From the NCBI GenBank assembly GCA_951406725.2, contig OX597819.1, forward strand, positions 120,900,001 through 120,964,000: a DNA stretch of 64,000 nucleotides, read 5' to 3'. The notes beneath the pieces are model-generated. The model did not search any database and had not been told where the DNA came from. It saw nothing but the letters and a program-made list of their open reading frames with translations. Shown here piece after piece: positions 41,915 to 57,543 of this stretch (its first letter is position 1; each line of letters opens with the position of its first letter). The position numbers were made by a program, and so were the translations under genes. The DNA comes from Octopus vulgaris (Eukaryota).

Positions 41915-42260
41915 TTATCGACCTTTAAAGGGATATAAGGTAAAATCGACCTCAGTGGAATTTGAACTTGGAACGTAAAGATAGACGAAATACCGCTAAT
42001 CGTTTCGCCCGGCGTGCTAAAGTTTCTATTTTCTTTACCACACACAAGGGGCAAAACACAGAAGGGACAAACAAGGACAGACAAACGAATTAAGTCGACT
42101 ATATCGAACCCCAGTGCGTAACTGGTACTTATTTAATCGACTCCGAAAGGATGAAAGGCAAAGTCGACCTCGGCGGAATTTGAACTCAGAACGTAACGGC
42201 AGACGAAATACGGCTACGCATTTCGCCCGACATGCTAACGTTTCTGCCAGCTCGCTGCCT
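41915..42260 (-). mobile_element. SINE family B
   Basis: Reverse complement of head and dimeric core. Confidence 0.9.
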
Positions 42261-43164
42261 TAACTAAATATATTGTAAAAACATACACCAGGAAATGTGA
42301 GAAAAAAATTAATGCATTTTATACTTTAATCGATAAATGGCGTCACTGTTGCTATCGTTATCGGTTAATCAAACTTCATTAATCAAACTTCATTAATCAA
42401 ACTTCATTAAGTCAAACTACATTAAGCCAAACTAGGATCAAAAGATGACTCCCGGCCACGTGAAGGGTGGTCTTTTCACATATGATCCTTATATGTAAGT
42501 TTGCTCTATTTATTGTGCGTCGTGTGTTTTAAGGCGTTAGGCTATAATTTGACTGAGATATATTTTATCTCTTTATTTATCTCTTACAATCTCCAGTCAC
42601 TGGACTGTGCCCATACTGGGGCACCTTCTGTAATAGTCTAGTTTGTAAATGTTTATATATACACAGATATATATACTTGTTTGTATATGTACTTATGTAT
42701 TTGTCTATGTATTTATGTGTGTATGTATGTACGTACGTGTATACATACATACATAGATCCATCCATCCATCCTTCCATCCATCCATCCATCCATCCATCC
42801 ATCCATACATACATACATACATACGTACATACATACATACATACATGCTCAATGGAGGCAGAAAAATAAAGCTGCGAAGAAAGTATTCATCATTAGGGAC
42901 AGGTTTGTAAATCTCCATACAGATTTACTTACTAATTGGAAACAAATGGGAAATCAAAGGAGATTGCACACCAGAGCAGAAGCAAAATCGCGAAAGAAAA
43001 TACTAAGGTGTATGGAAAACTCTGAATATATCTATAGATACGTTTATTAGTAAGGTAAGTAATTAAGAAAATGTGACTTTGCCAATAGAATATTAAACAC
43101 GTTTGGCAGTTTACAGAATCGGTAAAATACGATACCATATACAATGTAGGATATGTTTATTTGT

Positions 43165-43455
43165 TCCTTCTCGAGCCACGCCTGGCTCATAGGGCCGGTT
43201 TCCTGGTTTCCTTGGCGTGTAGATTTCCCACCTGGACGGGACGAAGGTCAGTCGCAGGTGAGCTGCAAGATCCATGAGTAAAGAGTGAGAGAAAGTTGTG
43301 GCGAAAGAGTCAGCAGAAGTTTGCTATTACCTTCTGCCGGAGCCGCGTGGAGCTTAGGTGTTTCGCTCATAAACACACACATCGCCAGGTCTGAGATTCG
43401 AACTCGTGATCCCTCGACCGCGAGACTGCTGCTGTAGCCACTAGACCATATCCAC
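43165..43455 (-). mobile_element. SINE family C
   Basis: Reverse complement of 54704-55000. Confidence 0.9.
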
Positions 43456-43493
43456 TGTGGGATATGTACGTTTACTATTATTAGACCTTTCTC

Positions 43494-44275
43494 AGGCGGC
43501 GATCTGGCAGAGTCTTTAGCACACTGGACGCAATGCTTGACGGTATTTCGCCTGTCGCTAGGTTCTGAGTTCGAATTCTGCCTAGGTCGACTTTACCTTT
43601 TCGTGGTCGATAAATTACATACCAGTTGAGTTCTCGGCTCGATATAATTGAGTATCTCCTCCCGCAAACTTCAAACCTTCTGCCTATAAGAGAAAGGATT
43701 TTTAGACCTTTCTCCGTTCAAATTTTTTAATGAGTAGAATGATTAGAATACTCGATTGCTGTTTTCCTAGCGATCATTTTTTTTATAAGTTTGATTCATT
43801 ATTGTTTTTTTTTTAATAATGGTTAAATATTTTTGTACAAGGTTAGTAGTTTCGAGGGAAAGAGTGAGTCGACTACATCAACCCCACTGCTTAGCAGAAA
43901 CATTTTGTTTACGACCCCGAAAAGTTGAAAAAATGTAAAGTCGACCTCGGTGGAATTTGAACTCAGAATACAATGACAGACGAAAGGCCGCTTAGTATTT
44001 TATTCTGTGCGCTAACAATTGTGAAAGCTCGTCGCGTGTTGCTCTTTCTGTCTAATATTAAAAATCATGTTACGGTGTTGAGCTGGCAGAATCGTTAGCA
44101 CGCCGAGCAAAATGCGAGCGGCATTTCGTCCGTCTTTATCCCGAGTTCAAATTCCGCTGAGGACTACTTTCATCCTTTCGGGCTCGATAATATAAGTACC
44201 AAATGAGTACTGGGGTCGATATAAATGAGTTGCACTCTCTACCGAAATTGCTGGCCTTGTCCCAAAATACGAACC
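43494..44275. mobile_element. Three SINE family B copies (+ 43494-43700, - 43830-44035, + 44075-44275)
   Basis: Family B head, core and tail motifs. Confidence 0.8.
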
Positions 44276-44958
44276 TAATATTCAGGATCCTATTTATATG
44301 TTATTCCTATTATTCATTATTCATTATTAGTCAAACAACTTTCTCAAAACCTCATTGGATCAATCAATTACGTGGTTGGGAAAATGTTGTAAAACTTATT
44401 TTGAATCCTTCTGAAAACTACCGATTGTTAAATACACCCAATGATTAACTAATGACTTATATAATGTCTGGTAAGAGATTAACTAATTACTTACATAACG
44501 TCTGGTACATGTATAACTGTAATATAAGTACCATACATGATTAAAACTTGTCATCCTAAATACATGATTTTGGGTTCGATGCCAGAGGCAGCTCGTTAGT
44601 CATGTGACTTTTACTATAGTCTCTAACCAAAGATGTGGAGGAGTAGGAGGGCGCCGATAAGTATGGAAGCCGCTTGCATCAGCTCGGATAAAACCGATCG
44701 CGGATAAAGTTCTCGGTGGTTGCAATGGATATTCGATTTGAAAGTGTGTTGTTTTTTGTGGGTGGAAATTCAACGGCAGATTAACTCATCACCCGTTTGC
44801 ATACCAACATTTCCGTCCAGGTTATATTCTAGGATAACAACTCGCTCTAAGATTTATTATTGCTTCTTTACACTTTTTCGATATCAGTGTCTATCGATAC
44901 TGGAAAAAGGTTTAAGTATTTGTGAAGGGAACCTACTTTTCATCGACAACTGTGATTG

Positions 44959-45005
44959 ACACACGCCGATGACGGGTCAATACTCAGAAACTCGAGTCCG
45001 TGTGT
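44959..45005 (+). ncRNA. Minimal type I hammerhead ribozyme motif (U4C core substitution)
   Basis: ACACACG-CCGATGA-C-GGGT(CAAT)ACTC-A-GAAAC-TCGA-GTC-CGTGTGT; 7-bp stem I, palindromic ACTCGAGT stem III. Confidence 0.75.
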
Positions 45006-45510
45006 ATCATAAGTTGAAGACAGGAAGGATGGTTTCCCTTTGCAAATACTGATAGGCAAATACAGAAAGTGTGTCCATAGCCAGCTGGAGGAGGTGTCCT
45101 TCTGGGGCTACAAACTACAGTAGTATCCACCCTTAGGGGTTAGCCATATTTAAATGGCAAATATACGACACGATATTCTCTTACAAGCATGTTGTAAGGG
45201 ACACTTCGTTCGTCTCTATATATCTGCCTAAGCAAAAAAAAAAAAAAAAAAAGGAGTAGAGAGACAAACAAAAGAAGGCCTATAATGAAGCTTTCGAGCA
45301 CAAGAATTAAAACAATTGTTCCACTGGACACGCAGCGACCTCTAAACTAATTATTCAATTGCAAGAGGCCTTCCCGACGGGTTTCTTTTTTTCTTCTCTG
45401 TGGCTGCAGAAATCCGACAACTGGTGAAAGGCACGTCATTCCTCAACGAATAAAGGAATATATATGACGGAAATCGAATGCGTGCACCTGAATGGAACTT
45501 GTAACAATAT

Positions 45511-45545
<35 letters not shown>

Positions 45546-45688
45546 TGCATGGTTATGTAAATATTTTTCATAATTTATGCTGCTTCATACAAAGCGTTAC
45601 GGCAGCAAAATCTTCAAAGTATATAATGTGATATAATATTGATATTCATACAGCTCTTCTTGACAATGATAATCTTCGTTGTTGTTGC

Positions 45689-45751
<63 letters not shown>

Positions 45752-46539
45752 CGTTTAGATTGATGTGGTGTTTTTCGTTAATGTTGCTGTTACCGTAGGT
45801 CTCAGTTATTTTTCATACTTTTTTGCTTATTTATGTGTGTGTGTATCTGTGTGTGTATGCGTGTGTATGTGTATATATGTGTGTGTGTAAATATATACAT
45901 ATATATGTATATGTATATGTTATCGTTAACGTTCTTGTTATTCATACGGTTCGCCTTATTATTTCCATTTCCTTTTATGGCGTTGATGGTGTTGACGTTG
46001 CCTTTAGCAGATGCCGATCATCTCGCGCTTCATCCCGATATTGTTGTTGTTAATATTGAAGTATATGTTATTGTTGTTGCTGTTGTTGTTGTTGTTGCTG
46101 TTGTGTTTGCTGCTATATTTAGTGGGCTGAGAATTGTATTTAGCGTTTTCCTATATTTATATTCACACACACACACACACATGTGCAAATGTGTGTATAA
46201 TATGTGCGTGCGTGCATGTGTGTGTGAAAGTGTATATGGGTGTGTGTGTAAATATGTATGTATGCATGTATGTAAAAATGTATGAATGTATATATATATA
46301 TATGCACACACAAAGAAATACAAACATTCATGCAAACATACGTGCATATATATACATATATATATATATATATCATAAATATATTTACATATATATATGT
46401 GTATATATATATGAGATATATATATTATATATGTATATGCATATTTATATGTATATAGATAGATAAATAGGTAGATAGATAGATGGATGGATGGATGGAT
46501 GGATGGATAGACAGATTGACAGACAGATAGATAGATAGT

Positions 46540-46863
46540 TCTATAATCGGAGTTTCTGTATATGTCACCATATTGTCGTGCAATAGTATAGTATCATATA
46601 TAGTAGGACGGAACAACGTAGCCACCAACTGTCCCCACTTGATGTATTTCCAAATACCCTGCCAACAAATGTACCCAATCCAAAACGATTCCCTATAAAC
46701 TATAACAACTTCTCAACAATTTCCTGCGATTCCTCGAACTCACAAATGACGCCTTTGGACTCCCTGCGATTTCTCATCCTTCGCTCTCAGTCAAAAACGC
46801 TGCTACTTATACGAGTTGGGCTACTCCATTCTCATAGGGGGCGCACTGATTCTAGCCATAACA
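46540..46863 (-). mobile_element. Putative 3' LTR of a Gypsy element
   Basis: Polypurine tract AAAAAGGGAGA immediately followed by TGTTATGG on the minus strand, downstream of the integrase. Confidence 0.6.
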
Positions 46864-46989
46864 TCTCCCTTTTTGAGATTTGACATCACTAGGAAGTGCA
46901 ACTTGTTTATTCAATTTTATTCATATTTTCATCATCACCTCTCCCCTTTTTGAGATTTTAATTTCCTCAGAAATTTTAATACTTCTTTT

Positions 46990-47830
46990 ACTTATGGACT
47001 ATTTCTTGTCATTCTGTTTGTTTTCGTTTTCTATTGTTGATGGTCCTATACTCAACATCACTTGGCTTTGGAATATGAAACAAGTCATAAGAAACCTCCA
47101 TCGGTATTTCTTCTCTTTCGTCGGTATGTCTAGTCTACAATCGTGTCAAATATCATTTGGCCATTTATTATGTACATCATACTTCCTACTCTTTTCGTCA
47201 CTATACCGTCCTCCCAACCTTGTTTCCATTCCTATATATTTTGAAATGAACTTTATCTCCCACATTAAAATACTCTGTTGTGCGTCTTAGGTTTTCCCAA
47301 TTAGTTTTTTTTTTTTTGTAGGTACGTTTTATCAAAAATTGATTTTATCATTCGGGAAAGCATTAGCCCTGCGGGCAATTTGGCTGAGCAGGGGTTCGGT
47401 TTGCGTATTATCCTGTAAACCCTTAAGAATTGAGTTAGTGCTGCATCATTGCCTAATTCATTTCTTGATTTTTTTAATGCTCGCTTAAACGTGTCTTCGA
47501 GTCTTTCTGCTCGCTCATTTCATCTCGGATGATACAGCGGAGTAGAGATGTGATTGATTGAATACCTCTCACAGGAATTTTTGAATTGGTATCCCGAAAA
47601 CTGTGTTCCGTTATCCGATAATATGGTGTCGGGGACACCGTATCGCACAAAAAGTTCATAAAGGAACCCTATTGTTAACTTCTAGGTTGGTTCACTGCAT
47701 TTACATATCTCTCATCACTTGGTATGGATGTCTACTATGATCAGGTAATACGCGCCGTTATCCGCTCCAGCAAAATCTATATATAGCCTGGATCACGGAC
47801 TACCTGTCTTAGGCCACAGCTGGAATTTCT
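46990..47830 (-). pseudogene. Gypsy/Ty3 integrase remnant
   Basis: WPKT..SRLYIDFAG..YYLIIVD..LFVRYGVPDTILSDNGTQF..TPLYHP..NERAERLEDTFKRALKK..FNVGDKV; multiple stops. Confidence 0.9.
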
Positions 47831-48667
47831 TGTCCAACAATTCAGTGTAGCCTACGCTGGTAACCCTCGGACGCTTCTTCAAGTAATGTTCCATATGCGC
47901 CCTTTTGAGTCCCAAACAACGTCTAGCATCCCTTTATTTTTCGGAAAGTGTGTCTTGAATCAATTTTCGCTGGTGATTTCAGGAGTTTTCCCTCATACTT
48001 TGCCTTTGGGATTTTGATTCTAAGTGGTAGCCCCAGGTCTCTTTGCCTGTCGCTGTTCTCTCCAAACGTTCTTCCCCTTCATAGCCATAGCGGTCGAGTA
48101 ATCATCAACAAATACCCATAAAATTGCGCTTTGGGGTTTTGATAACATCTCTTGGCACCCATCTTGCACGGACTTTACAGAAGCGAAGCTTGTGAAGATG
48201 ATCTCGTATACAGAACCATGGCTAATTTGCAGAGATCATGCCACAGCATCGATGGTCAGTTTACCAGAACCACCTCTCGAACTTCTTGAATCTTTACGTC
48301 ACTGCTGGAGAAAAATATGGCTCCGGCTCCCTGGTAGCGCTTCACACTTGTCCGGTCATTCTAAAACTTTTCGATCCACTCATACTCTTTTCTGAGCGAC
48401 CGAGCGCCGTCCCCGTATTGTACTGAGAATCTACGATAAATTTCAGGGCCTGACACTTTCAGGCCACAGAAATCGAATCCCTGTTCTCTGTTGTTCCATG
48501 GTTCCCACTACTAGTGTCCATGCTTACTGTGTAACATAAGAATCAAACTGAAGTGATCAACGTCAAACCGTGGTTACGTTACCAAAATATTATCATCTGC
48601 TGAAGGCAGTGCGGCTAACTTAGAAAGGTTTTGTCAAAAGTGCAGAGAATACATATGCACTAACTTC

Positions 48668-48670
<3 letters not shown>
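47831..48670 (-). pseudogene. Mariner transposase remnant (5' end to mid catalytic domain)
   Basis: MEQQRTGIRFLW..EIYRRFSVQYGD..YEWIEKF..LQISHGSVYEII..KVRARWVPR..TGKETW..VVWDSKG; degenerate TIR near 48640-48670. Confidence 0.85.
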
Positions 48671-48757
<87 letters not shown>

Positions 48758-48765
48758 TATATTTA

Positions 48766-48800
<35 letters not shown>

Positions 48801-48802
<2 letters not shown>

Positions 48803-49010
48803 CGGGAAGCTTTATGAAAATAAACAATAGACGAAGGCAGGTGGAATACAAACAAACAATTGTATTAGTATTACGCTCAGGAATATAAATAAAACAAGTC
48901 TTTTACGTTTCGAGCCTACGATTTTCAACAGAAAAATACACAGAAAAGAAACACGGAAACAAACAAGGAGAGAAAAAAAAAGCGTGCAGAATCTAGCGAA
49001 TCAACATGGC
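48801..49010 (-). mobile_element. PLE-type terminal fragment adjoining (TA)n
   Basis: Reverse-complement relative of 63545-63728; decayed HHR CTGTTGA..GCTCGAAACGTA at 48904-48931. Confidence 0.6.
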
Positions 49011-49014
49011 GATC

Positions 49015-49417
49015 TATCGAGTTAGAAAACAGAGAAATCTAATAGATTAATCAACATATAGACCAACAGTTCTTTCATATCTCAAATAAGATTAAAATTA
49101 CAAAACTTATATAGATATATTATTTTGCATTTAAATACCTTATAAGGAAAATCATCAGGGTGTTCGCAGGACAATAAGGATTGTATCAGGATACTTTCGG
49201 AATATTCAGAATATATAAATATGTTTAATATGTGTGTATGTATAAGTGTGTATACATACACGCATAGGTATAAGGTATTTAAAATGCCAAAATAATTCTT
49301 TATATATGATACGTAATTTTAATCTTATTTGAGAAATGTAACAGATGTTGGTAAATTTGTTGATTAATTAATTAATTAATTAATTTGCATCAAATAGATC
49401 TGTTTTCTAACTCGATA
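49015..49417. repeat. Imperfect inverted repeat (~130-150-bp arms)
   Basis: TATCGAGTTAGAAAACAGA..TCTCAAATAAGATTAAAATTAC..TTTAAATACCTTATA and its reverse complement at 49269-49417. Confidence 0.75.
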
Positions 49418-49644
49418 TTCTATATAATATATTCATTGAAGTATTATCTCTTCAAAAGTTAATATATTAAGCCAGTGTATCTCGGATAAATATCCCTATA
49501 AGAAGTTGGGATACTCTCATTGTGACTATATGTATATCGAAGGTCGAAAGCAGTCAACGCCAGAATCTGATTGGCTAGTATATTCATGTACACACAATTT
49601 TACAAGCCCTCATACATACATACATATATACATACATACATACA

Positions 49645-49680
<36 letters not shown>

Positions 49681-50346
49681 TATAAATATATAATAAAGTA
49701 TATATATATATATTTGTGTGTGCGCGTGTGTGAGTGTGTATGTGAGTATGTGAGTGTGTGTGTATGTATAGGTCTGCATGTGTATATGTACATATCTCTG
49801 TGTATATGGTTATACATATATATCCATGCACCAATAACTACATATCACTACGCTCATATATCCAATTTTATTATTATTATTATTATTATTATTTTTTAAT
49901 TCTTACATTTAATTTTTATTTTGGCCATACATCTTTAAGATATATAGTTTAACATCCTCCTGATCCCTAATTAATTAAATTAAACTCTAATAATTTTCTG
50001 CTCGTTTTTAGGACTCTACTGTCCCCCCTTTAGGGGCTGCCATTCTGTTCCATCACTTGGTCTTTTTCTGTTCCTATTGGTATCTCTTTCCCAGTGCCGA
50101 GACACACTAGTGTCATAAATTAGCCCCCCCCCCCCCCACAACATACATCATTAACATCCTCATCATTTGACTCCGAATAATTGTCTAGTTATCTACGCAA
50201 TAGTCAGTTGTCGCAGACTAATAACATTGTGTGGTCAAATAAATCTTGACGAATTTTGGTAACGATGGTTCTGCCTGTACTGGCTGCCCCACAGCCAGCA
50301 TACGACTAGATAAACCGATTTGCTATATGCAGCACTACCCCTGTAT

Positions 50347-50564
50347 CTTCTTCGCCTTATTCCGCTTACACTCTCTACTTCACTTTCGTCTCATTATATT
50401 GAACTAATGTCTTCTTTCCTTTCTCCTTCCGATTCTTCTCCTTCTTTCCTTTCTCCTTCCGATTCTTCTCCTTCTTTCCTTTCTCCTTCCGATTCTTCTC
50501 CTTCTTCGCCTTATTCCGCTTACACTCTCTACTTCACTTTCGTCTCATTATATTGAACTAATGT
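50347..50564. repeat. 3 x 30-bp tandem repeat bracketed by perfect 64-bp direct repeats
   Basis: 50347-50410 equals 50501-50564; CTTCTTTCCTTTCTCCTTCCGATTCTTCTC x3 between them. Confidence 0.9.
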
Positions 50565-51219
50565 TTATGGATTAAATCTAAATCCATTTAAATACTCACC
50601 TTTGCGCCTTTTCTTCTCTGTGACCACATCCTTTGAATTTGGCAGCTCTAAAATTCATACGCACATACATATATCTACGTTAAGTTAGGATAAGAAGAAT
50701 AAATTTAGCAAACATTTTAGTACCACGCCGTTTCTAACGACATTGTATATAAATATTTCCCTGTGAAAACTTATACAGCGTGTGTTGTTAAATATGCCAG
50801 AGGAGCGATTTATCAGAGTTCATTAAGTTATGGCGCTTTTGCATTGTACGAAATATAAGTGTTTTTGACATCGCTTACATAAGGAGAAGAGAGAGCTGCA
50901 ATGCCTAGTAAATCTAAGTATGAAAACTTAGTACTACCTAGATTTAAGGCTTTGCAAAATCTAATAAACATACAGATTTGAAGATTTTTTTTTAATGTCA
51001 CTATCAGTAATCCACAATCGTTAATATGAGATAGTTCTTTAGCGTTCAGTAATAAGCAAATCTAATTGTAATATTCGAAAGAGATAACATATTCAAATTG
51101 AATCGTATTGAAAAGATTAAAAAAAAATGAGTGAAGAGAAGAGCAAATATATTACTATATAGATTGGAGAAATGCTTACAATATTTACCTGGACAATGCA
51201 ATCGTATTCTGTGATCTCT

Positions 51220-53520
<2,301 letters not shown>

Positions 53521-53645
53521 TCTGTCTGTTATACACCACAAATGCGTTTACATACTTCCTTATAATACATTGTCTTTTCGGGTGTTTTCAAATGTTCCTT
53601 CGAAAGAAAAAGGATAAAAAGGAATATACCTATATGCAAACGTAT

Positions 53646-53679
<34 letters not shown>

Positions 53680-53787
53680 AGATATACAAGGGCAGAGAGA
53701 AAGACGGATATGGGGCAGAGAACTCAAAGAAATATCTGATATTTGTCCAATATCTCTCGAATGTGCTAAACAAGCTGTATGTATATA

Positions 53788-54185
53788 CTCTTCTACTCTA
53801 GGCACAAAGCCCAAATATTTTGAGAAGGGGCCCAGTCGATTAGATCGACACTACTACGCAACTGGTACTTAATTTGTCGACTCCAAAATTAGGAAACGTA
53901 AAATCGACCTCGGCGCAATTTGAACTCGGGATGTAAAGACAGACGAAATACCTATTTCTTTATTGACCACAAGGGGCTAAACATACAGGGGACAAATAAG
54001 GACAGACAAAGGGATTAAGTCGATTACATCAACCCCAGTGCGTAACTGGCACTTAATTATCGACTCCGAAAGATGAAAGACAAAGTCGACCTCGGCGGAA
54101 TTTGAACTGAGAGCGCATCGGTAGACAAAATACCACAAGGCTTTTCGTCCGGCGTGTTAACGTTTCTGCTAGCTCGCTGCCTTAA
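53788..54185 (-). mobile_element. SINE family B, full length
   Basis: Tail to head reverse complement. Confidence 0.9.
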
Positions 54186-54386
54186 GTAGTATGTATATTG
54201 TGTGTGCCTTTGTCTGAGGTCAATTATAACGTGTGCGTCAACGATGCATCTCTAAACGTATATATTTCTATATATATTCTAGCTTATTTGTATATATTTC
54301 CATGTAACTGTTCTTACATATATTTACGATACGTGTATTGTTTGCCATTTGATCTTCCTTTATGATGCTTGATTCTAATTTAAGTA

Positions 54387-54613
54387 TACAGTGATCCCCC
54401 GACTATTGCGGGTGTTACGTTCCAAAACCTCCTGCGATAGGTGAAAATCCGCGAAGTAGAAACAGTACCGTAACGTATATATTTTTAAAATAAATTCTTA
54501 CTATTTCTACATATTTATTTTATTATAAACGCAAAACAACATCACGGAGGAATCGTCGTAAGCTCAAATAATAAACCACGGTAGGTGAACCGTGATATTG
54601 CAAGGGATTATGT
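54387..54613. mobile_element. Tigger/pogo-like MITE
   Basis: TA-CAGTGATCCCCCGACTATTGCGG start and CCGTGATATTGCAAGGGATTATG end. Confidence 0.65.
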
Positions 54614-54703
54614 TTAGCCCCTTTCAAACATAATCTGTATGAAACCAGTCATCACTGGGGAGAAGGTAATTTACATGAACATTCCGATTCCTCCATGATT
54701 TGT

Positions 54704-55000
54704 GGAGGCATATGGCCTAGTGGTTAGAGCAACGGACTCGCGGTCGACGGATCGCGGGTTCGAATCTCAGACCGGGCGATGTGTGTGTTTATGAGCAAAA
54801 CACCTAAGCTCCACGCGGCTCCGGCAGAAGGTAATGGCGAACTTCTCCTGATTCTTTCGCCACAACTTTCTCTCACTCTTCCCTCCTGCATCTTGCAACT
54901 CACCTCCGACGGACCAGCATTCCGTCCAGGTGGGGAACCTATACGCCAAGGAAACCGGGAAACCGGCCCTTATGAGCCAGGCATTGCTCGAGAAGGAACA
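54704..55000 (+). mobile_element. SINE family C
   Basis: TGGCCTAGTGGTTAGAGC A box, GGTTCGAATCTC B box. Confidence 0.9.
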
Positions 55001-56133
55001 CACTCCCTCATTTAGATTATATTTCTGATTCCTTATGATTGGTAGATTCTGATCCTTTGATTTAGATTCTGTTTATAATTGTGAATATATTCACTTAAGA
55101 AAGGTATATTTTCATTGACATTTAGATTCCCCCTTCCCCCCCATTTTTGACTCAGATCATATTTATGACATTTTAATAAAAAAATTCAGATCATATTTAT
55201 TATTGAGAAACACTTTCCCACGCTTTTTTTTCAAATTGTATTTAAAATCATAACTATACTTACTTAAAAATCACTCATGCAAAAACATAGTCATACACGG
55301 CTGAATGAAAAACAGCATCTGGAATTTTAATACAAATAAAAATTAAAATTGAGCACATCCATACAACCATTTTGTTCCTCTTATATTAATGAATAAAAAA
55401 GAATTTAAAAAGCATGACCCTGAAATGTAATTATAAGTATTACTGTAGAAAATCAAAAACATAATTTGACTTCCCATTAGAAAACTTTGACCACTGGAAT
55501 AAAAAAATTCCTTTTCTCCCCACCCAAAAGATCAATAAGTAGAGAAAAAAACATATAGAATCCTAATCAAAAAAGTCTGACCACACTGATGCAAAAGCCG
55601 CGCCTCCTTTCCCTCATCCTCCCTCTCAAACCTATTCTTCTTTCTTTTCTCTTCCTTTGCGTGCCCACAAAAAAAAAAACCCGCAAGAGCACACTCTCAA
55701 AACACACTTCTACTTCCTTTTCTTTTCTCTATCTTCACTATCGTCCACTCTCTCCACCTCTTTCACTCCTGCACTTTCCTTTCTAATGTGTTTCTCTCCC
55801 CCTCTCCCTCTCTCAAACATTATCACTTTCAATTTTATTCAAAAATTGACTGTAAATTTACTGTAAGCCACTTTTTTGATAAATCCGATAACGGAAGAAA
55901 GCGCTAAAAATGTAAATAAAAATATATATATATAATCGTCCAACATCTGACTATCTTGTTATTCTCAATATACAATATTTGTACATCACTTCACAAACTT
56001 TCTCTCTCTCTCCACACACACACACATATATACATATATATATTTATGTGCATATATATATACAAATATTCATAGATATACTTACATACAGACACATATA
56101 TATATGTATGTGTGCGTATATATTATATATGTA

Positions 56134-56180
<47 letters not shown>

Positions 56181-56343
56181 TGGGGTCGATTTACTCGATT
56201 AAAGGCGGTGCTCCAGCAAGGCCGCAGTCAAATGACTGAAACAAGTAAATAAGTAAAAAGAGAGAAAAGACCCCACTGCATAATGGGTGTTTATTTAATC
56301 GACCCCGAAAGGATGCACGAAGTTTTATCAGTGAACAGGTAGC

Positions 56344-56415
<72 letters not shown>

Positions 56416-57543
56416 AGGTGAGATGATGCTAATATATTTTTATAAACCAGGATAAAAACCACCACGAACCCTGCGCTACTCGGAGAACATTCAACTCATA
56501 ATCACACTATGAAGGAAAGTGGGCAATCGAAAATAGTTACTGGATAATACTTACTAATTCAAATCTTCAGATCATGCATCGGATATTCCGTTTTAAAATG
56601 TTACCCATAAATCTGAAGTCTTTTTTGAAATGCCTTCTCGTTTATAAGTTTAAATATAATAGATATTTCTAGCGCACAGTTCCTTGATAAATTGTAATTT
56701 AATTAATGAAGAGATTTAAATATACTCTCTTCTGATTGGCTTAAGTTATTTTTGGATATTTGTTACCATGGCATGTTTTCAAATAACAGAATTTGTATAT
56801 GAAATATATGTCTGGCTTCTGTACTTATTAAAGTATGATGCATCATACGTGCAAATATGTTAATAAGAATTCTGCTATATTTAATGTGAAAACGATGTGA
56901 ATTTCTACGTCTGAATCACATTTTGTTGTATCGCCGGAGAGTTAGGACGTGTTATTGATGTGGTCGGGAATAGCGGCGAAAGGACATTAAAAAGATCTAC
57001 CCTGATTGATTGACTTAAAGATTAATCAAATAAACTATTACGTAAGTGGCTAAATAGTTAAGCAATTGAACACGTCATGGATGCTAATCACTACAATACA
57101 GAATCGCCTTCATAATTGTTTCAAGTCCGTCGTAAAGGCTGTCCAAATTTTCCTTGTTTCAATATAGATTTTCCGACTGTTTCCGATGCACGAATCAAGT
57201 ACCGTGGTCTTCGTTGTTCTTCGTTTACGCAAATTCCTTCTCGGCAACGCTTCCTTGTCTTTTAAGCAATATAGACTCATATGCTTAGACAACATTGAAA
57301 CGAAATATACCCGCCCATTCTTGGAAAACTCATGCAAATAGCTATTTTGCTTCCAAGCTATCGATCTTTGTGAAGTAAATATCACAAACAGTTGACTTCC
57401 TCGGTTCATATTTTCTATTTTTTCTTTGTGTGTGTGGTATTTAATGATCGAAATGAAGTACATAGCAAAGTGACGCACCAATATATTTCCGTCACTTGAA
57501 GAAACATTGAGTTTCTACTGTTAATAGAAGACATGTGTAACAT

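Noticed and set aside
49145-49205. Minus-strand GAAA followed by CTGATGA (type II HHR order)
   Set aside because: No convincing stems
56730-56780. CCAAT box and RFX X-box-like GTTACCATGGCAT
   Set aside because: Short motifs expected by chance; no transcription-start evidence
57110-57481. 123-aa ORF in complex unique sequence
   Set aside because: No recognisable motif or supported splice structure; an exon or UTR cannot be excluded without homology or RNA data
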